DNA from: Ferroglobus placidus DSM 10642
GTDB taxonomy: Archaea > Halobacteriota > Archaeoglobi > Archaeoglobales > Archaeoglobaceae
Direction: 5' to 3'
Assembly: GCF_000025505.1 (NCBI RefSeq)
Contig: NC_013849.1
Coordinates: 1,950,001-1,982,000, forward strand
Length of the DNA: 32,000 nt
A program made the position numbers and the translations under genes. Below, piece after piece: positions 15,542 through 24,185 of the stretch. The notes beneath the pieces were generated by a model that saw nothing but the letters and a program-made list of their open reading frames with translations, did no database searches and was not told the DNA's origin. Numbering within the stretch: position 1 is the first letter of the stretch; the number at the start of each line of letters is the position of its first letter.

Positions 15542-16023
15542 TCCTCGTCCTCATTCAAGCATATGGCGATGTCGGCAGCATTTTTTAAAGCTGCCGAAAA
15601 TCCCGGCTCCGCTCCGATAATTATCGTCTCCTTTCCCTTCTCCATCGCTTTTTGAAGCACAGCTTTAAAGTCAGCGTCTCTTGTAACGAGAGCGAGAACG
15701 TCTATCGAGTCGTTGTATATTATCTCCATAGCTTCAACCGCCATCTTGACGTCCACGTCTCCTGAAGTAACGACCGGCTCGAATCCCTGATTCTCTATAG
15801 CCTCAACGAGTTTCTCTCCAGCGTATTGGTTTATGAAGACCTTCGCAATTTTCACATCCCCGTAGCTATCGAGGATTTCTCTGATTTCTTTGAGATTCAA
15901 ATTGAACTCCTTTCTGAGCATGTTCGGTCCGTCGACGAGAACTCCTATTTTCTTCCTCCCCTCTTTCCTTGCTGAGAGGTACTCTTTAATTCTCTGAATA
16001 CCAATCTTTTGCTTAATTGCCAT
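15538..16023 (-). CDS. NYN/LabA-like (DUF88) domain protein
   Basis: IGVLVDGPNM...SGDVDVKMAVEAMEII...LALVTRDADFKAVLQKA fits the NYN-domain nuclease fold pattern. Confidence 0.7.
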   Translation of the reverse strand: MAIKQKIGIQRIKEYLSARKEGRKKIGVLVDGPNMLRKEFNLNLKEIREILDSYGDVKIAKVFINQYAGEKLVEAIENQGFEPVVTSGDVDVKMAVEAMEIIYNDSIDVLALVTRDADFKAVLQKAMEKGKETIIIGAEPGFSAALKNAADIAICLNEDEE

Positions 16024-16057
16024 CGACGACCACCGTAATATCTAAAATTATTCTACA

Positions 16058-16801
16058 TCAAACCTTAAAAACTTTTTGCGCATTTCTCGTTGTAGCGTCT
16101 GCAACTTCAGCCAGTTCTAAGCCCTTTGCTTCAGCCACAGCCTTAGCTGCGTAGATTACGTTTTTCGGCTCGTTTCTTCCCCTGAAAGGTGAAAGGAAAG
16201 GGCTGTCAGTCTCAAGAAGTAAGTTATCTAGACCCACTTTTTCAGCAAGCTTTTTGTGTTTTTCCGAAAAGCATACGAGAGTTGAGAGAGAAATGTAATG
16301 TCCTGCATCTTCGATATTCTTCATCACAGCCTCACTTCCGCTGTAGCAGTGAAACACGGCAACGACGTCGTAGTTCTTTACCAAATCGAAAGCTAAGCTT
16401 TCTGCTTTTCTCGCATGAATAACGATCGGCTTGTTCAACTCTTCAGCTAAGGAAAGAAAATGCCTAAAAACTTTTTTTTGTTCCTCCAAACTCGCTTTAG
16501 CTTTTAGTAAATCCAAACCGACTTCTCCAATTCCCACGATTTTGTCCACGTTATCCCTTATCTGATCGACAACAACTCTGTAATCGTCGACGTGAATTCT
16601 GTTCGGACTCAAGCCGAGGGTTGCGTAAACGTCCTCAAAGCTTTCCGAAATAAGCAAGGTTCTCTCGTTCGATTTGTAATCGTATCCCGAGTTTATTATG
16701 GAAATTACCCCCTCTCTCAGCGCTCTAAGAATTACTTCCTTTCTATCTCCGTTGAAGTTGCTGAAATCGATGTGGCAGTGAATATCGACGAGTTCAAGCA
16801 T
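16058..16801 (-). CDS. tatD: TatD-family metal-dependent hydrolase/DNase
   Basis: VDIHCHIDF, IGEVGLD, IVIHAR, HCYSG and LLETDSPFL are the TatD motifs. Confidence 0.85.
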   Translation of the reverse strand: MLELVDIHCHIDFSNFNGDRKEVILRALREGVISIINSGYDYKSNERTLLISESFEDVYATLGLSPNRIHVDDYRVVVDQIRDNVDKIVGIGEVGLDLLKAKASLEEQKKVFRHFLSLAEELNKPIVIHARKAESLAFDLVKNYDVVAVFHCYSGSEAVMKNIEDAGHYISLSTLVCFSEKHKKLAEKVGLDNLLLETDSPFLSPFRGRNEPKNVIYAAKAVAEAKGLELAEVADATTRNAQKVFKV

Positions 16802-18293
16802 TCTTTCTCCTCATTCTTAAAAGGTAGTTCACGGCACTTATCACCGCCTCGATGCTCGCCATGACTATGTCCGTGCTCGCTCCTTTAGCTGTGAAGCTTC
16901 TTCCTTCTTTATCCTCGACTGTCACGTAAACCTCAGCTATCGCATCGCTTCCTCCGCTTATCGCATCCATTTTGAACTCGGTAATTTTCACGTCCTCACC
17001 CACGAGCTCAGCCACAGCTTTCAAAGCCGCATCAACCGGACCAACGCCTATTGCCGACGTAACTTTCTTCTTTCCATCTATTATCGCGTTTATTACGGCT
17101 GTAGGAGTTATCTTGTTCCCCGTTAGAATCGTGGCTTCGTCTATGTTTATCACCCTCTCCTCTTTACTCAGCTCTCCCATTATAACTTCGGCTATGGTTA
17201 TGACGTCGAGATCCGTCACCTTCTTCCCCTTATCTCCTATCTCCTTGATCTTCTCGGTTATCTTCGTCAGCGTTTCCTCGTCCACGGCATATCCGGCATC
17301 TTCCAGAATTTTCTTTATCTGATGCCTTCCGGCGTGCTTCCCTATGACTATTCTCCTCTTATGCCCCACCATCTCGGGAGTGATAACTCCCGGTTCAAAA
17401 GTAGCTGCGTGCTTTAAAACACCGTGAGCGTGAATTCCGCTTTCGTGAGCAAAAGCATTTTCTCCAACTATCGGAGTGTTGGGGGGGAGTTTAATTCCCG
17501 ATAACCTCTCCACGAGTCTTGACGTCTCAACCAAGTATTCCGTTCTTATGTTCGTCTTGATTCCCTCCAAAGCATGTAAGGCCATGACAACTTCAGCCAA
17601 GCAGGCGTTTCCGGCTCTCTCTCCAATCCCGTTCACGGTAACCTGCACCTCATCGGCTCCAGCTTTCACTGCCGCGTAAGTATTGGCTGTGGCTAATCCA
17701 AAGTCGTTGTGGCAATGAACGTCGACGGGGACTTTCAGATGCTCTTTTAGCTCCTTTATCAGTTCGTACATGCTGAAAGGCGTTGCCACGCCGACGGTGT
17801 CTGGAACGTTTATTATGTCCACTCCAGCTTCTTCCACGGCTTTGTAAATCCTCTTGAGGTAATCCACTTCCGTTCTCGTTGCATCCATTGCCGAAAACAT
17901 GCATTCGAAACCGTGATCTTTTATGTACTCGACGTATCTGACAGCTTCTTGAATTATCTCCTCTCTATCCTTTTTTATCGTGTGTTCAACCTGAATTTTT
18001 GACGTTGGGACGAAGATGTGGATCATATCAACATCAGTTTTCATCGCCACATCTATATCCTCTTTAACGAGCCTCGCCAAAGCGCTTATCTTGGAATTTA
18101 GTCCGAGCTTAACAATTTCTTTCACAGCCTCAAACTCTCCCTTAGTTGCAGCGGGAAAACCAGCTTCTATGTAATCCACACCGAGCTTGTCCAGCTGCTT
18201 CGCTATCTGAATTTTGTAATTTAGCGGGAAGGAAATTCCGGGAGTTTGTTCTCCGTCTCGCAGTGTGGTGTCGTATACTGATACTTTTCGCAT
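16794..18293 (-). CDS. leuA: 2-isopropylmalate synthase / citramalate synthase family enzyme with C-terminal LeuA regulatory domain
   Basis: VYDTTLRDGEQTPG, IEAGFPAAT, HCHNDFGLATANT and HESGIH motifs in 499 aa. LeuA versus CimA cannot be resolved by eye. Confidence 0.8.
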   Translation of the reverse strand: MRKVSVYDTTLRDGEQTPGISFPLNYKIQIAKQLDKLGVDYIEAGFPAATKGEFEAVKEIVKLGLNSKISALARLVKEDIDVAMKTDVDMIHIFVPTSKIQVEHTIKKDREEIIQEAVRYVEYIKDHGFECMFSAMDATRTEVDYLKRIYKAVEEAGVDIINVPDTVGVATPFSMYELIKELKEHLKVPVDVHCHNDFGLATANTYAAVKAGADEVQVTVNGIGERAGNACLAEVVMALHALEGIKTNIRTEYLVETSRLVERLSGIKLPPNTPIVGENAFAHESGIHAHGVLKHAATFEPGVITPEMVGHKRRIVIGKHAGRHQIKKILEDAGYAVDEETLTKITEKIKEIGDKGKKVTDLDVITIAEVIMGELSKEERVINIDEATILTGNKITPTAVINAIIDGKKKVTSAIGVGPVDAALKAVAELVGEDVKITEFKMDAISGGSDAIAEVYVTVEDKEGRSFTAKGASTDIVMASIEAVISAVNYLLRMRRKNA

Positions 18294-18379
18294 GAGAGTT
18301 TATAGCTCAAGAAAAGAGTAAAAGCTTTACGGAGGAGTTTTGAAAAAATATATATTAATCAGCGCTAAAGTAATAGGTA

Positions 18380-18823
18380 ATGGCATCTGATGAAAAAGTC
18401 CTTGCTCGACTTCTTGCAAGAGCGTATATCGTTGAAATAGTGGAATCCCAGATAATTTCAGAAGTTCTATCTTACATCTTCGAAGACGAAATCTGGGATC
18501 GTCTGTTCAGAATCATCGTGGATAACGAGTTGCATAGACTTGAGATTGAGAGAATCGTGAGAGAGCTAAATTACGATGTGAGCAAGTTTAGGGAGTATGC
18601 TGAGATAAATTTCACGACAGAGAGGTGTAAAGACTTTTCGGAAGAATTGGTTCCTCAAATAATGGAGGAAATAATTAAATTGGAAAGGTGGATGAAGAAG
18701 TACTACGAAAAGTTGAGCGAGCTTACCGATGACGAAAACGTGAGGGAAAAGATTAGAAAACTTGTTGAATGGGAAGAAAAACACATTAAACTTCTCGAAG
18801 ACCTTAAGAGCGAGTTTTTCTGA
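18380..18823 (+). CDS. Hypothetical all-helical acidic protein
   Basis: 147-aa ORF with a TATA-like AAAAAATATATATTA ~25 nt upstream. No recognisable family. One ExxH (WEEKH) is present but a full di-iron pattern is not evident. Confidence 0.5.
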   Translation: MASDEKVLARLLARAYIVEIVESQIISEVLSYIFEDEIWDRLFRIIVDNELHRLEIERIVRELNYDVSKFREYAEINFTTERCKDFSEELVPQIMEEIIKLERWMKKYYEKLSELTDDENVREKIRKLVEWEEKHIKLLEDLKSEFF

Positions 18824-19331
18824 GATCGAGATACATATCGTACTCGTACTCGGGGTTTACAACTTTAAAACCGAATTTTTTGTAGACGTGTATCGCTCTT
18901 CTGTTCGTTCTCTCCGTTACGAGCATTATTCCTTCGAACCCGTTTTTCCTGCATATCTCAATTATTCTCTTCAAAAGCTCCTGCCCTATTCCTCTGTCTT
19001 GGTAATCCTGATGAACGAAAATGGTGAGATCTACTTTTCTTCCGTCTTCAGTTGGGATGACCGCTGCGTGACCGATGATTCTCCCGTCCTTTTCTGCTAC
19101 GATGTTGTATCCCCTTTTTGCGAGAAAGCCCACCCAAGCCTCTATAGCCTTTCTTGTTGTCGGCGGCAAACCCAGACATCTGTTTTCCGGAGAGAACGTC
19201 TCGTACATTTGAACGAGCTTCTCAAAATCTTTCTCGTGATCGTACTCTCTAATTACTACTTTTTCACCTTTTCTGTCGACTACTTCCTCTCTCCTCTGCC
19301 TGACTCTGAAAAGTTCGAGCTTCGCTTCCAC
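18804..19331 (-). CDS. GNAT-family N-acetyltransferase
   Basis: VHQDYQDRGIGQELLKRIIEICRKNGFEGIMLVTERTNRRAIHVYKKFGF is the acetyl-CoA-binding Q/RxxGxG motif region. Confidence 0.85.
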   Translation of the reverse strand: MEAKLELFRVRQRREEVVDRKGEKVVIREYDHEKDFEKLVQMYETFSPENRCLGLPPTTRKAIEAWVGFLAKRGYNIVAEKDGRIIGHAAVIPTEDGRKVDLTIFVHQDYQDRGIGQELLKRIIEICRKNGFEGIMLVTERTNRRAIHVYKKFGFKVVNPEYEYDMYLDLRKTRS

Positions 19332-19360
19332 GGAAAAATAATTTGAAAGCTGAAGATATA

Positions 19361-19651
19361 TTATTTTTCGTTTACGATAAATCGTTTTATTTCAATTTCA
19401 ATTCGATCCCTTTCGGCGAAAATGTAGCTAATTCTTTTCGCAATCTCAAATCTTATCCTTTCGTTTATCCTTTCCGATGGAGCTCCAAGCTTAGAGAAAA
19501 TAAAAGAGATTAGCAGGGGGCTGTTGTTGAAAAGAAGGGACGAAAAGCCGAGTTTTCTCAACGCATTTATTCCGTCTTCTCCAAGCCTTTCGTCGTAGCC
19601 CCTTTCTTTAAGCCACTCAACGAACTCGTCTATAGTTGCTGCTATCCTCAT
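19361..19651 (-). CDS. Hypothetical 96-aa protein translationally coupled to metG
   Basis: Its start overlaps the metG stop by 4 nt (19648-19651). No family recognised. Confidence 0.45.
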   Translation of the reverse strand: MRIAATIDEFVEWLKERGYDERLGEDGINALRKLGFSSLLFNNSPLLISFIFSKLGAPSERINERIRFEIAKRISYIFAERDRIEIEIKRFIVNEK

Positions 19652-21630
19652 CTGACTTTCACTCCAACAGGCACTTCCTTCTCTGGCGTAAGGAGTATAG
19701 CTTTTCCATCCACGTCAGCCGCTAAAACCATCACTTCGCTATCCACACCTCTTATTTTTGCAGGTTTTATGTTCGCAAGAACGACGACGAGTTTTCCTTT
19801 CAACTCCTCCTCGCTGTAGTTCTCGGCTATTCCAGCAACGGCTTGCTTAACTTCTCCTCCCAAGTCTATTTTCAGCTTCATCAACTTTTTGCTACCCTTA
19901 ACCTTCTCAGCCTCGATTATTTTTCCAATTCTTATGTCGAGCCTTCCGAACTCCTCTATCGTAACGAGTTCTCTCTTCTCAACTCCTTTTTCAGCCTTCT
20001 CTATCCTTTCCTTAAGTTTCTTCTCCATTTTCGCTATCTTTTCGTCTTCAACTTTTTCGAAGGGAACGAAAGGCTTCTCAACTTTGATTTTATCCGGAAT
20101 TTTCAGAGCATCCTCAAGTTTAGCTTTGCTCACGTCAAGCCCTATTAGCTTTCCGATCTTCTCCATCGTTGAAGGAAGGACTGGATAAGCGAGAATCGTC
20201 AAAGCTCTTACCAGAGCTAAGCACGAGGCTACCGCCCTTTCAGCAGATTCCGGATCGTTCTTTATCAGCTCCCAAGGTTGTGCGTTCTGGAAGTAAACGT
20301 TTCCGTACGATGCGAGCTCCATAAAAGCGTCGCTCGCCTCTTTGAACTCCCACTTTTCAATTGCTTCGTCGATCTTATTCATCGCAAGCCTTATCTGCTC
20401 TATCACTTCTCCGTCAACGTTCATCTTAACCTCTCCGAAGTTTCTCCAGGCGAAGTGCAAGACTCTGTAGATGAAGTTGCCAAGGGTTGCTATGAGTTCA
20501 TTGTTCACCTTCTCCTTGTAAACCTCCCAAGAAAAGTTCAGATCCTTCTGATGGGAAGTGTAGTTGACGACGTAGTATCTCAAGCAGTCCGGGTCGAAGC
20601 CTTCGTTCAGGTAGTCTTCGTCAACCCAAACAACGTAGCCTCTGCTTTTCGAGAACGTCTTTCCCTCCACTTTCACCATTCCGCTTGCAACAACAGCTGA
20701 AGGTAAGGCGTAATCTGCTGCTTTGAGCATAGCCGGCCAGAAAATGCAGTGGTGGTAAACTATGTCCAAGCCGATGAAGTGAATTATATCAGCCTTACCC
20801 TCTATCCAGATCTCTCTCCAGTCTTTACCGAGCTTTTCGCAAGCTTTCTCTGTGAAGCTTATATAGCCAATGGGGGCGTCGACCCATACGTAAACGACTA
20901 AATCCTCCTCTCCCGGAAACTTCACGCCCCACTCAAGGTTTCTCGTGATGCACCAGTCTTTCAGCTCTTTCCTAACCCACTCCTTAGCGTAATTTAAAGC
21001 GTTTTCGGTTCCCTTTAACTTTTCGAGGTAATCTTCGAGAAAGTCTTTAAAAGCGCTGAGCTTGAAGAAGTAATGTTTCTGCTTTTTGAAGATTGCTGGA
21101 GTTCCGCAAATCTTGCATCTCGGCTTTAAAATCTCTCCCGGCTCTAAGTGCCTTCCGCAACCCTGATCGCACTCATCTCCCCTCGCTTCAGCTCCGCAAT
21201 ACGGACAAATTCCCTCCACGTATCTGTCCGGCAAAAACCTCTCGCAGTTTGGACAGTAAGCGAGTTCTATTTCTTTGGGATATACGTAGCCCTTCTCTAT
21301 CATCTTCTTTACGATCTCCCTCGTTCTTTCGTGATGGTAATCGCTGTCGGTTCTTCCGTAAAAGTCGAATTCTACTCTCAGACTTTTAAAAATCTCTTGA
21401 AAGTGCTTGTGGTAAATGTCAACAAGTTCTTTCGGCTTCAAACCTTGCTGTTCGGCATTAACAACAATCGGCGTTCCGTGAGAGTCGCTTCCGCAAACAA
21501 ATATCACCTCTTCTCCTCTAAGCCTCAAATACCTCACGTAAACGTCTGCTGGAATATACGTTCTCAAATGACCGATGTGGGCTTTTCCGTTAGCGTAAGG
21601 TAGTCCGCATGTCACGAGCTTCATGCTCAA
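19648..21630 (-). CDS. metG: Methionyl-tRNA synthetase with C-terminal tRNA-binding (Trbp111/EMAP-like) domain
   Basis: PYANGKAHIGH (HIGH motif), zinc knuckles CPNC...CPYC...C.QGC...CKIC, KFSKSRG (KMSKS-type motif), and C-terminal LDIRIGKIIEAEKVKGSKKLMKLKIDLG. Confidence 0.95.
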   Translation of the reverse strand: MSMKLVTCGLPYANGKAHIGHLRTYIPADVYVRYLRLRGEEVIFVCGSDSHGTPIVVNAEQQGLKPKELVDIYHKHFQEIFKSLRVEFDFYGRTDSDYHHERTREIVKKMIEKGYVYPKEIELAYCPNCERFLPDRYVEGICPYCGAEARGDECDQGCGRHLEPGEILKPRCKICGTPAIFKKQKHYFFKLSAFKDFLEDYLEKLKGTENALNYAKEWVRKELKDWCITRNLEWGVKFPGEEDLVVYVWVDAPIGYISFTEKACEKLGKDWREIWIEGKADIIHFIGLDIVYHHCIFWPAMLKAADYALPSAVVASGMVKVEGKTFSKSRGYVVWVDEDYLNEGFDPDCLRYYVVNYTSHQKDLNFSWEVYKEKVNNELIATLGNFIYRVLHFAWRNFGEVKMNVDGEVIEQIRLAMNKIDEAIEKWEFKEASDAFMELASYGNVYFQNAQPWELIKNDPESAERAVASCLALVRALTILAYPVLPSTMEKIGKLIGLDVSKAKLEDALKIPDKIKVEKPFVPFEKVEDEKIAKMEKKLKERIEKAEKGVEKRELVTIEEFGRLDIRIGKIIEAEKVKGSKKLMKLKIDLGGEVKQAVAGIAENYSEEELKGKLVVVLANIKPAKIRGVDSEVMVLAADVDGKAILLTPEKEVPVGVKVR

Positions 21631-21698
21631 ACCTTAAAGTAGAGCTATAAATTATTTGCCTTCAAAAAGTTTTTATTTTTTGTAAGCTATATTATACT

Positions 21699-22328
21699 AT
21701 GAAGCTCAGCAGCGGTTTGGTTATAGCTGGAGCTTACGCAGACAAAGTAAGGAGGACTCTCTTTGCCCAGCTGAGAGACATGATTAAGAGGGAAGAGATA
21801 GAAAGCAAGGAAGTTGCGAGAGCTGCTGCTGAGCTTAACAGGCTACTTTACGAATTGTTTGTAAACAAACTCAAGCTCGACAAGGGAGACGTTGTGAGGG
21901 TGCGAGTCGATTACGAAGTTGAGGAAGGAGTGATAAAGTGGAACCTCGAAACGCTCGAAGTGGAGGCTTTTCGAAGGATTCCTGAAGAAGAAGTTAAGAG
22001 TGCTTTGAGTGAAGTTGTCAGCAGAGCGGAGGAAATAGCTGAAGCGGAAGTGGAGTACGAGGTTGAGGAGATAGGAGAAACTGATCTTGGAGATATGGTT
22101 TACGCGATAAAGCTCGAAGGAGAGGAAGTTGGAGCTGTGATAGCAACTCCGATAAATGAAGAGAGCGTTGTTAGGGGGGCTGTGACGAAACCGGTTCCGG
22201 TGATAATAGAGAAAACGAAGGTGCAGGATATAAGAGGTGAGCTGAACAGACTCGTTAAAGAAGGGAGAAACGTAGAAAGTGGAGAAGCTGAGAAGGTAAT
22301 TGAAGAGATTAAAAGCTTACTAAAATAG
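21699..22328 (+). CDS. Conserved archaeal hypothetical protein (DUF2258-like, from memory)
   Basis: N-terminus MKLSSGLVIAGAYADKVRRTLFAQL recalls a family restricted to archaea. Acidic central region. Confidence 0.5.
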   Translation: MKLSSGLVIAGAYADKVRRTLFAQLRDMIKREEIESKEVARAAAELNRLLYELFVNKLKLDKGDVVRVRVDYEVEEGVIKWNLETLEVEAFRRIPEEEVKSALSEVVSRAEEIAEAEVEYEVEEIGETDLGDMVYAIKLEGEEVGAVIATPINEESVVRGAVTKPVPVIIEKTKVQDIRGELNRLVKEGRNVESGEAEKVIEEIKSLLK

Positions 22329-23132
22329 CACGTCAAGCACGGGTTTTTTAAAGAAACCTTTTTCCTCTCCCATTTCGAAGAGCTTTTCAATAGCTTTCAA
22401 AACAGACTTCGGCATCTCGTAAGTGTACTCGTTAACGTACATCCTCGCGAATCTTAAAGTCTCCTCGAAGCTCATCCCTCTCGAGTACTTCATCGCATAT
22501 CTCGCAGCTTCTTCGCTGTTTTTTAAAGCGTATTCTATGCTGAGCTTCATCGCTTTCAAAAATTCCCTCTGAATTTTTTCGTCGATTCTTCGCGAGATCA
22601 CATTCACTCCGAGGGGCATTGGCAAGTTCGTCAGCTCTTTCCACCACTCCCACAAATCGAGAACTTTAACCAAGCCGAACTTTTCGTAGGTTATCTGCCC
22701 TTCGTGTATAAGCAATCCCGCATCTACCTCTCCTCTTTTAACAGCATCCATTATTTCGTCGAACCTCATTTCAACTGGTTTGAAATTCTCGACGGCGAGT
22801 CTCAAATACAGATAGGCGGTGGTGTATTTTCCGGGAATCGCTATCTTCTTTCCCTCCAGATTGATCTTTTCCTTAGCCACCACTATCGGTCCGTATCCGT
22901 CACCGACGCTTGCACCGGCTGAGAGAATTCTATATTTGTCGCTGAGGTAAGCGTACGCGTGGGCAGATAATGCTGTAACGTCCAAGTCTCCTTTAAAAGC
23001 GAGCTTATTTAGCGCCTCTATGTCCATTATGATGTGCTCGATTTCGAAGGGGAGCGGAATCTTTCCGCTAACCATGGCGTAGAACATGAAAGCATCGTCA
23101 GCATCGGGCGTGTGGGCAACTCTAAGCCTCAT
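22320..23132 (-). CDS. MqnA/MqnD-family (futalosine-pathway menaquinone biosynthesis, PF02621-like) protein
   Basis: LRVAHTPDADDAFMFYAM, a periplasmic-binding-protein-like fold pattern, and ~270 aa. Confidence 0.7.
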   Translation of the reverse strand: MRLRVAHTPDADDAFMFYAMVSGKIPLPFEIEHIIMDIEALNKLAFKGDLDVTALSAHAYAYLSDKYRILSAGASVGDGYGPIVVAKEKINLEGKKIAIPGKYTTAYLYLRLAVENFKPVEMRFDEIMDAVKRGEVDAGLLIHEGQITYEKFGLVKVLDLWEWWKELTNLPMPLGVNVISRRIDEKIQREFLKAMKLSIEYALKNSEEAARYAMKYSRGMSFEETLRFARMYVNEYTYEMPKSVLKAIEKLFEMGEEKGFFKKPVLDVLF

Positions 23133-23152
23133 GGGAATTGCTAACTTTCGGG

Positions 23153-23509
23153 CTATTTAACCCTAACGAAGTCCTCTTTAACGAATTTTCTGTACCAGTT
23201 TTCCCACTCCTCTTTCGAAATCACGTGAATTTCGAAGGGATGTAAACTTCCGATTTTTTCTCTGATTTTCCGGTAAAAGGCTACACGCTCTTCTTCACTC
23301 ACCGGCTCTTTCAAAACAACCGCAATATCTACATCGCTCATAGCATGCTCCTCCCCTCTTACAACGCTACCAAAAACGTACACATCGATTAAGTTTGAAA
23401 AGGTCTCTTCAGCCAAATCCTTTATAATCTTAGCGTACTTGAGATAACTTCTTCTCATTTCTTTTAGCTTCTTTACAACTTCCATTTGGATGTCGATTAA
23501 ACTAACCAT
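23153..23509 (-). CDS. Minimal nucleotidyltransferase (MNT) domain protein, putative antitoxin
   Basis: VYVFGSVVRGEE...SDVDIAVV is the GS...DxD polymerase-beta-type NTase motif. Overlaps the upstream HEPN gene by 13 nt. Confidence 0.8.
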   Translation of the reverse strand: MVSLIDIQMEVVKKLKEMRRSYLKYAKIIKDLAEETFSNLIDVYVFGSVVRGEEHAMSDVDIAVVLKEPVSEEERVAFYRKIREKIGSLHPFEIHVISKEEWENWYRKFVKEDFVRVK

Positions 23510-23868
23510 TCTTTAAACTCCTCCTTAAATTTTTTCAATTTCAAGAGGTTCAAAGCTTTTTCGGCACTTTTTATGCTGTACTCTTTGTTTAGATACCTTG
23601 CGGTAACGTAGGCTTCTTCGAGCAAATCGAAAACGTCTGCATTGTCCTCGTAAAATACCTTAGCTTTGTCGTTAATTTTCGCAAGTTCGTTAAAGAGGAT
23701 TCTGAGGTTGTGAGTTTTGGGATAATCTCCAAGTTCCTTAGTAAGTATATATTTTACGTAGAGCTGTAGCGCTTGTTCGGAGAAGAACAAAACGAACTTC
23801 GGCTTTTCTTTAATCGCTTCAAACGCCTTTTTCTCGAAATACTCTGCGTTTTCTTTCAAAAATTCCAT
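23497..23868 (-). CDS. HEPN domain protein, putative toxin partner of MNT
   Basis: ALQLYVKYIL...THNLRILF...ARY spacing fits the HEPN (PF05168-like) four-helix pattern. It is paired with MNT. Confidence 0.7.
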   Translation of the reverse strand: MEFLKENAEYFEKKAFEAIKEKPKFVLFFSEQALQLYVKYILTKELGDYPKTHNLRILFNELAKINDKAKVFYEDNADVFDLLEEAYVTARYLNKEYSIKSAEKALNLLKLKKFKEEFKEWLV

Positions 23869-23912
23869 AAAAGTCGGAGGTCTTCAACCCTTTTAAGATT
23901 TCCTCTCAACCA

Positions 23913-23930
23913 AAAATTAAAAATATCTAA
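23913..23930 (+). promoter_or_regulatory. Putative TATA box for tRNA-Phe
   Basis: AAAATTAAAAATATCTAA lies ~28-45 nt upstream of the mature tRNA 5' end. Confidence 0.4.
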
Positions 23931-23957
23931 GAAGCGTGGATAGTATTAGCCTGGTGT

Positions 23958-24031
23958 GCCCGGGTAGCTCAGCCTGGGAGAGCGCGCGGCTGAAGACCGC
24001 GTAGTCCCCGGTTCAAATCCGGGTCCGGGCA
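23958..24031 (+). tRNA. tRNA-Phe(GAA): tRNA-Phe, anticodon GAA, no encoded CCA
   Basis: Hand-folded cloverleaf. Acceptor stem GCCCGGG/TCCGGGC (one G-U pair), D arm GCTC-AGCCTGGGA-GAGC, anticodon arm CGCGG-CTGAAGA-CCGCG, variable loop TAGTC, T arm CCCGG-TTCAAAT-CCGGG, discriminator A. 74 nt. Confidence 0.95.
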
Positions 24032-24032
24032 C

Positions 24033-24042
24033 TTTTTCTTTT
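24033..24042 (+). terminator. Oligo-T tract terminating the tRNA transcript
   Basis: TTTTTCTTTT begins 2 nt after the discriminator base, the typical archaeal T-run termination signal. Confidence 0.6.
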
Positions 24043-24060
24043 AAATTTACTTCCAATTAG
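24043..24060. repeat. Left arm of an inverted repeat bracketing the tRNA-proximal islet
   Basis: AAATTTACTTCCAATTAG. The first 10 nt have a perfect reverse-complement copy at 24969-24978, and CAATTA recurs (reverse complement) at 24957-24962. Confidence 0.45.
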
Positions 24061-24149
24061 CGTGTTTTTAATTCCGGTAAAGTCAGCTCTGATTAAGTTC
24101 GAACTAATTGCGTGCTTGCTTACGCAAAAAGTAATCCAAATTAGTGTAG
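24053..24149 (+). repeat. Three direct copies of a CCAA(A)TTAG(C/T)GT-like motif
   Basis: CCAATTAGCGTG (24053-24064), CTAATTGCGTG (24104-24114) and CCAAATTAGTGTAG (24136-24149), all in the intergenic region between tRNA-Phe and the AT-rich ORF. Confidence 0.4.
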
Positions 24150-24185
24150 AAAAGTATTTGAAAATTCCATGATTTTTCAATCACT

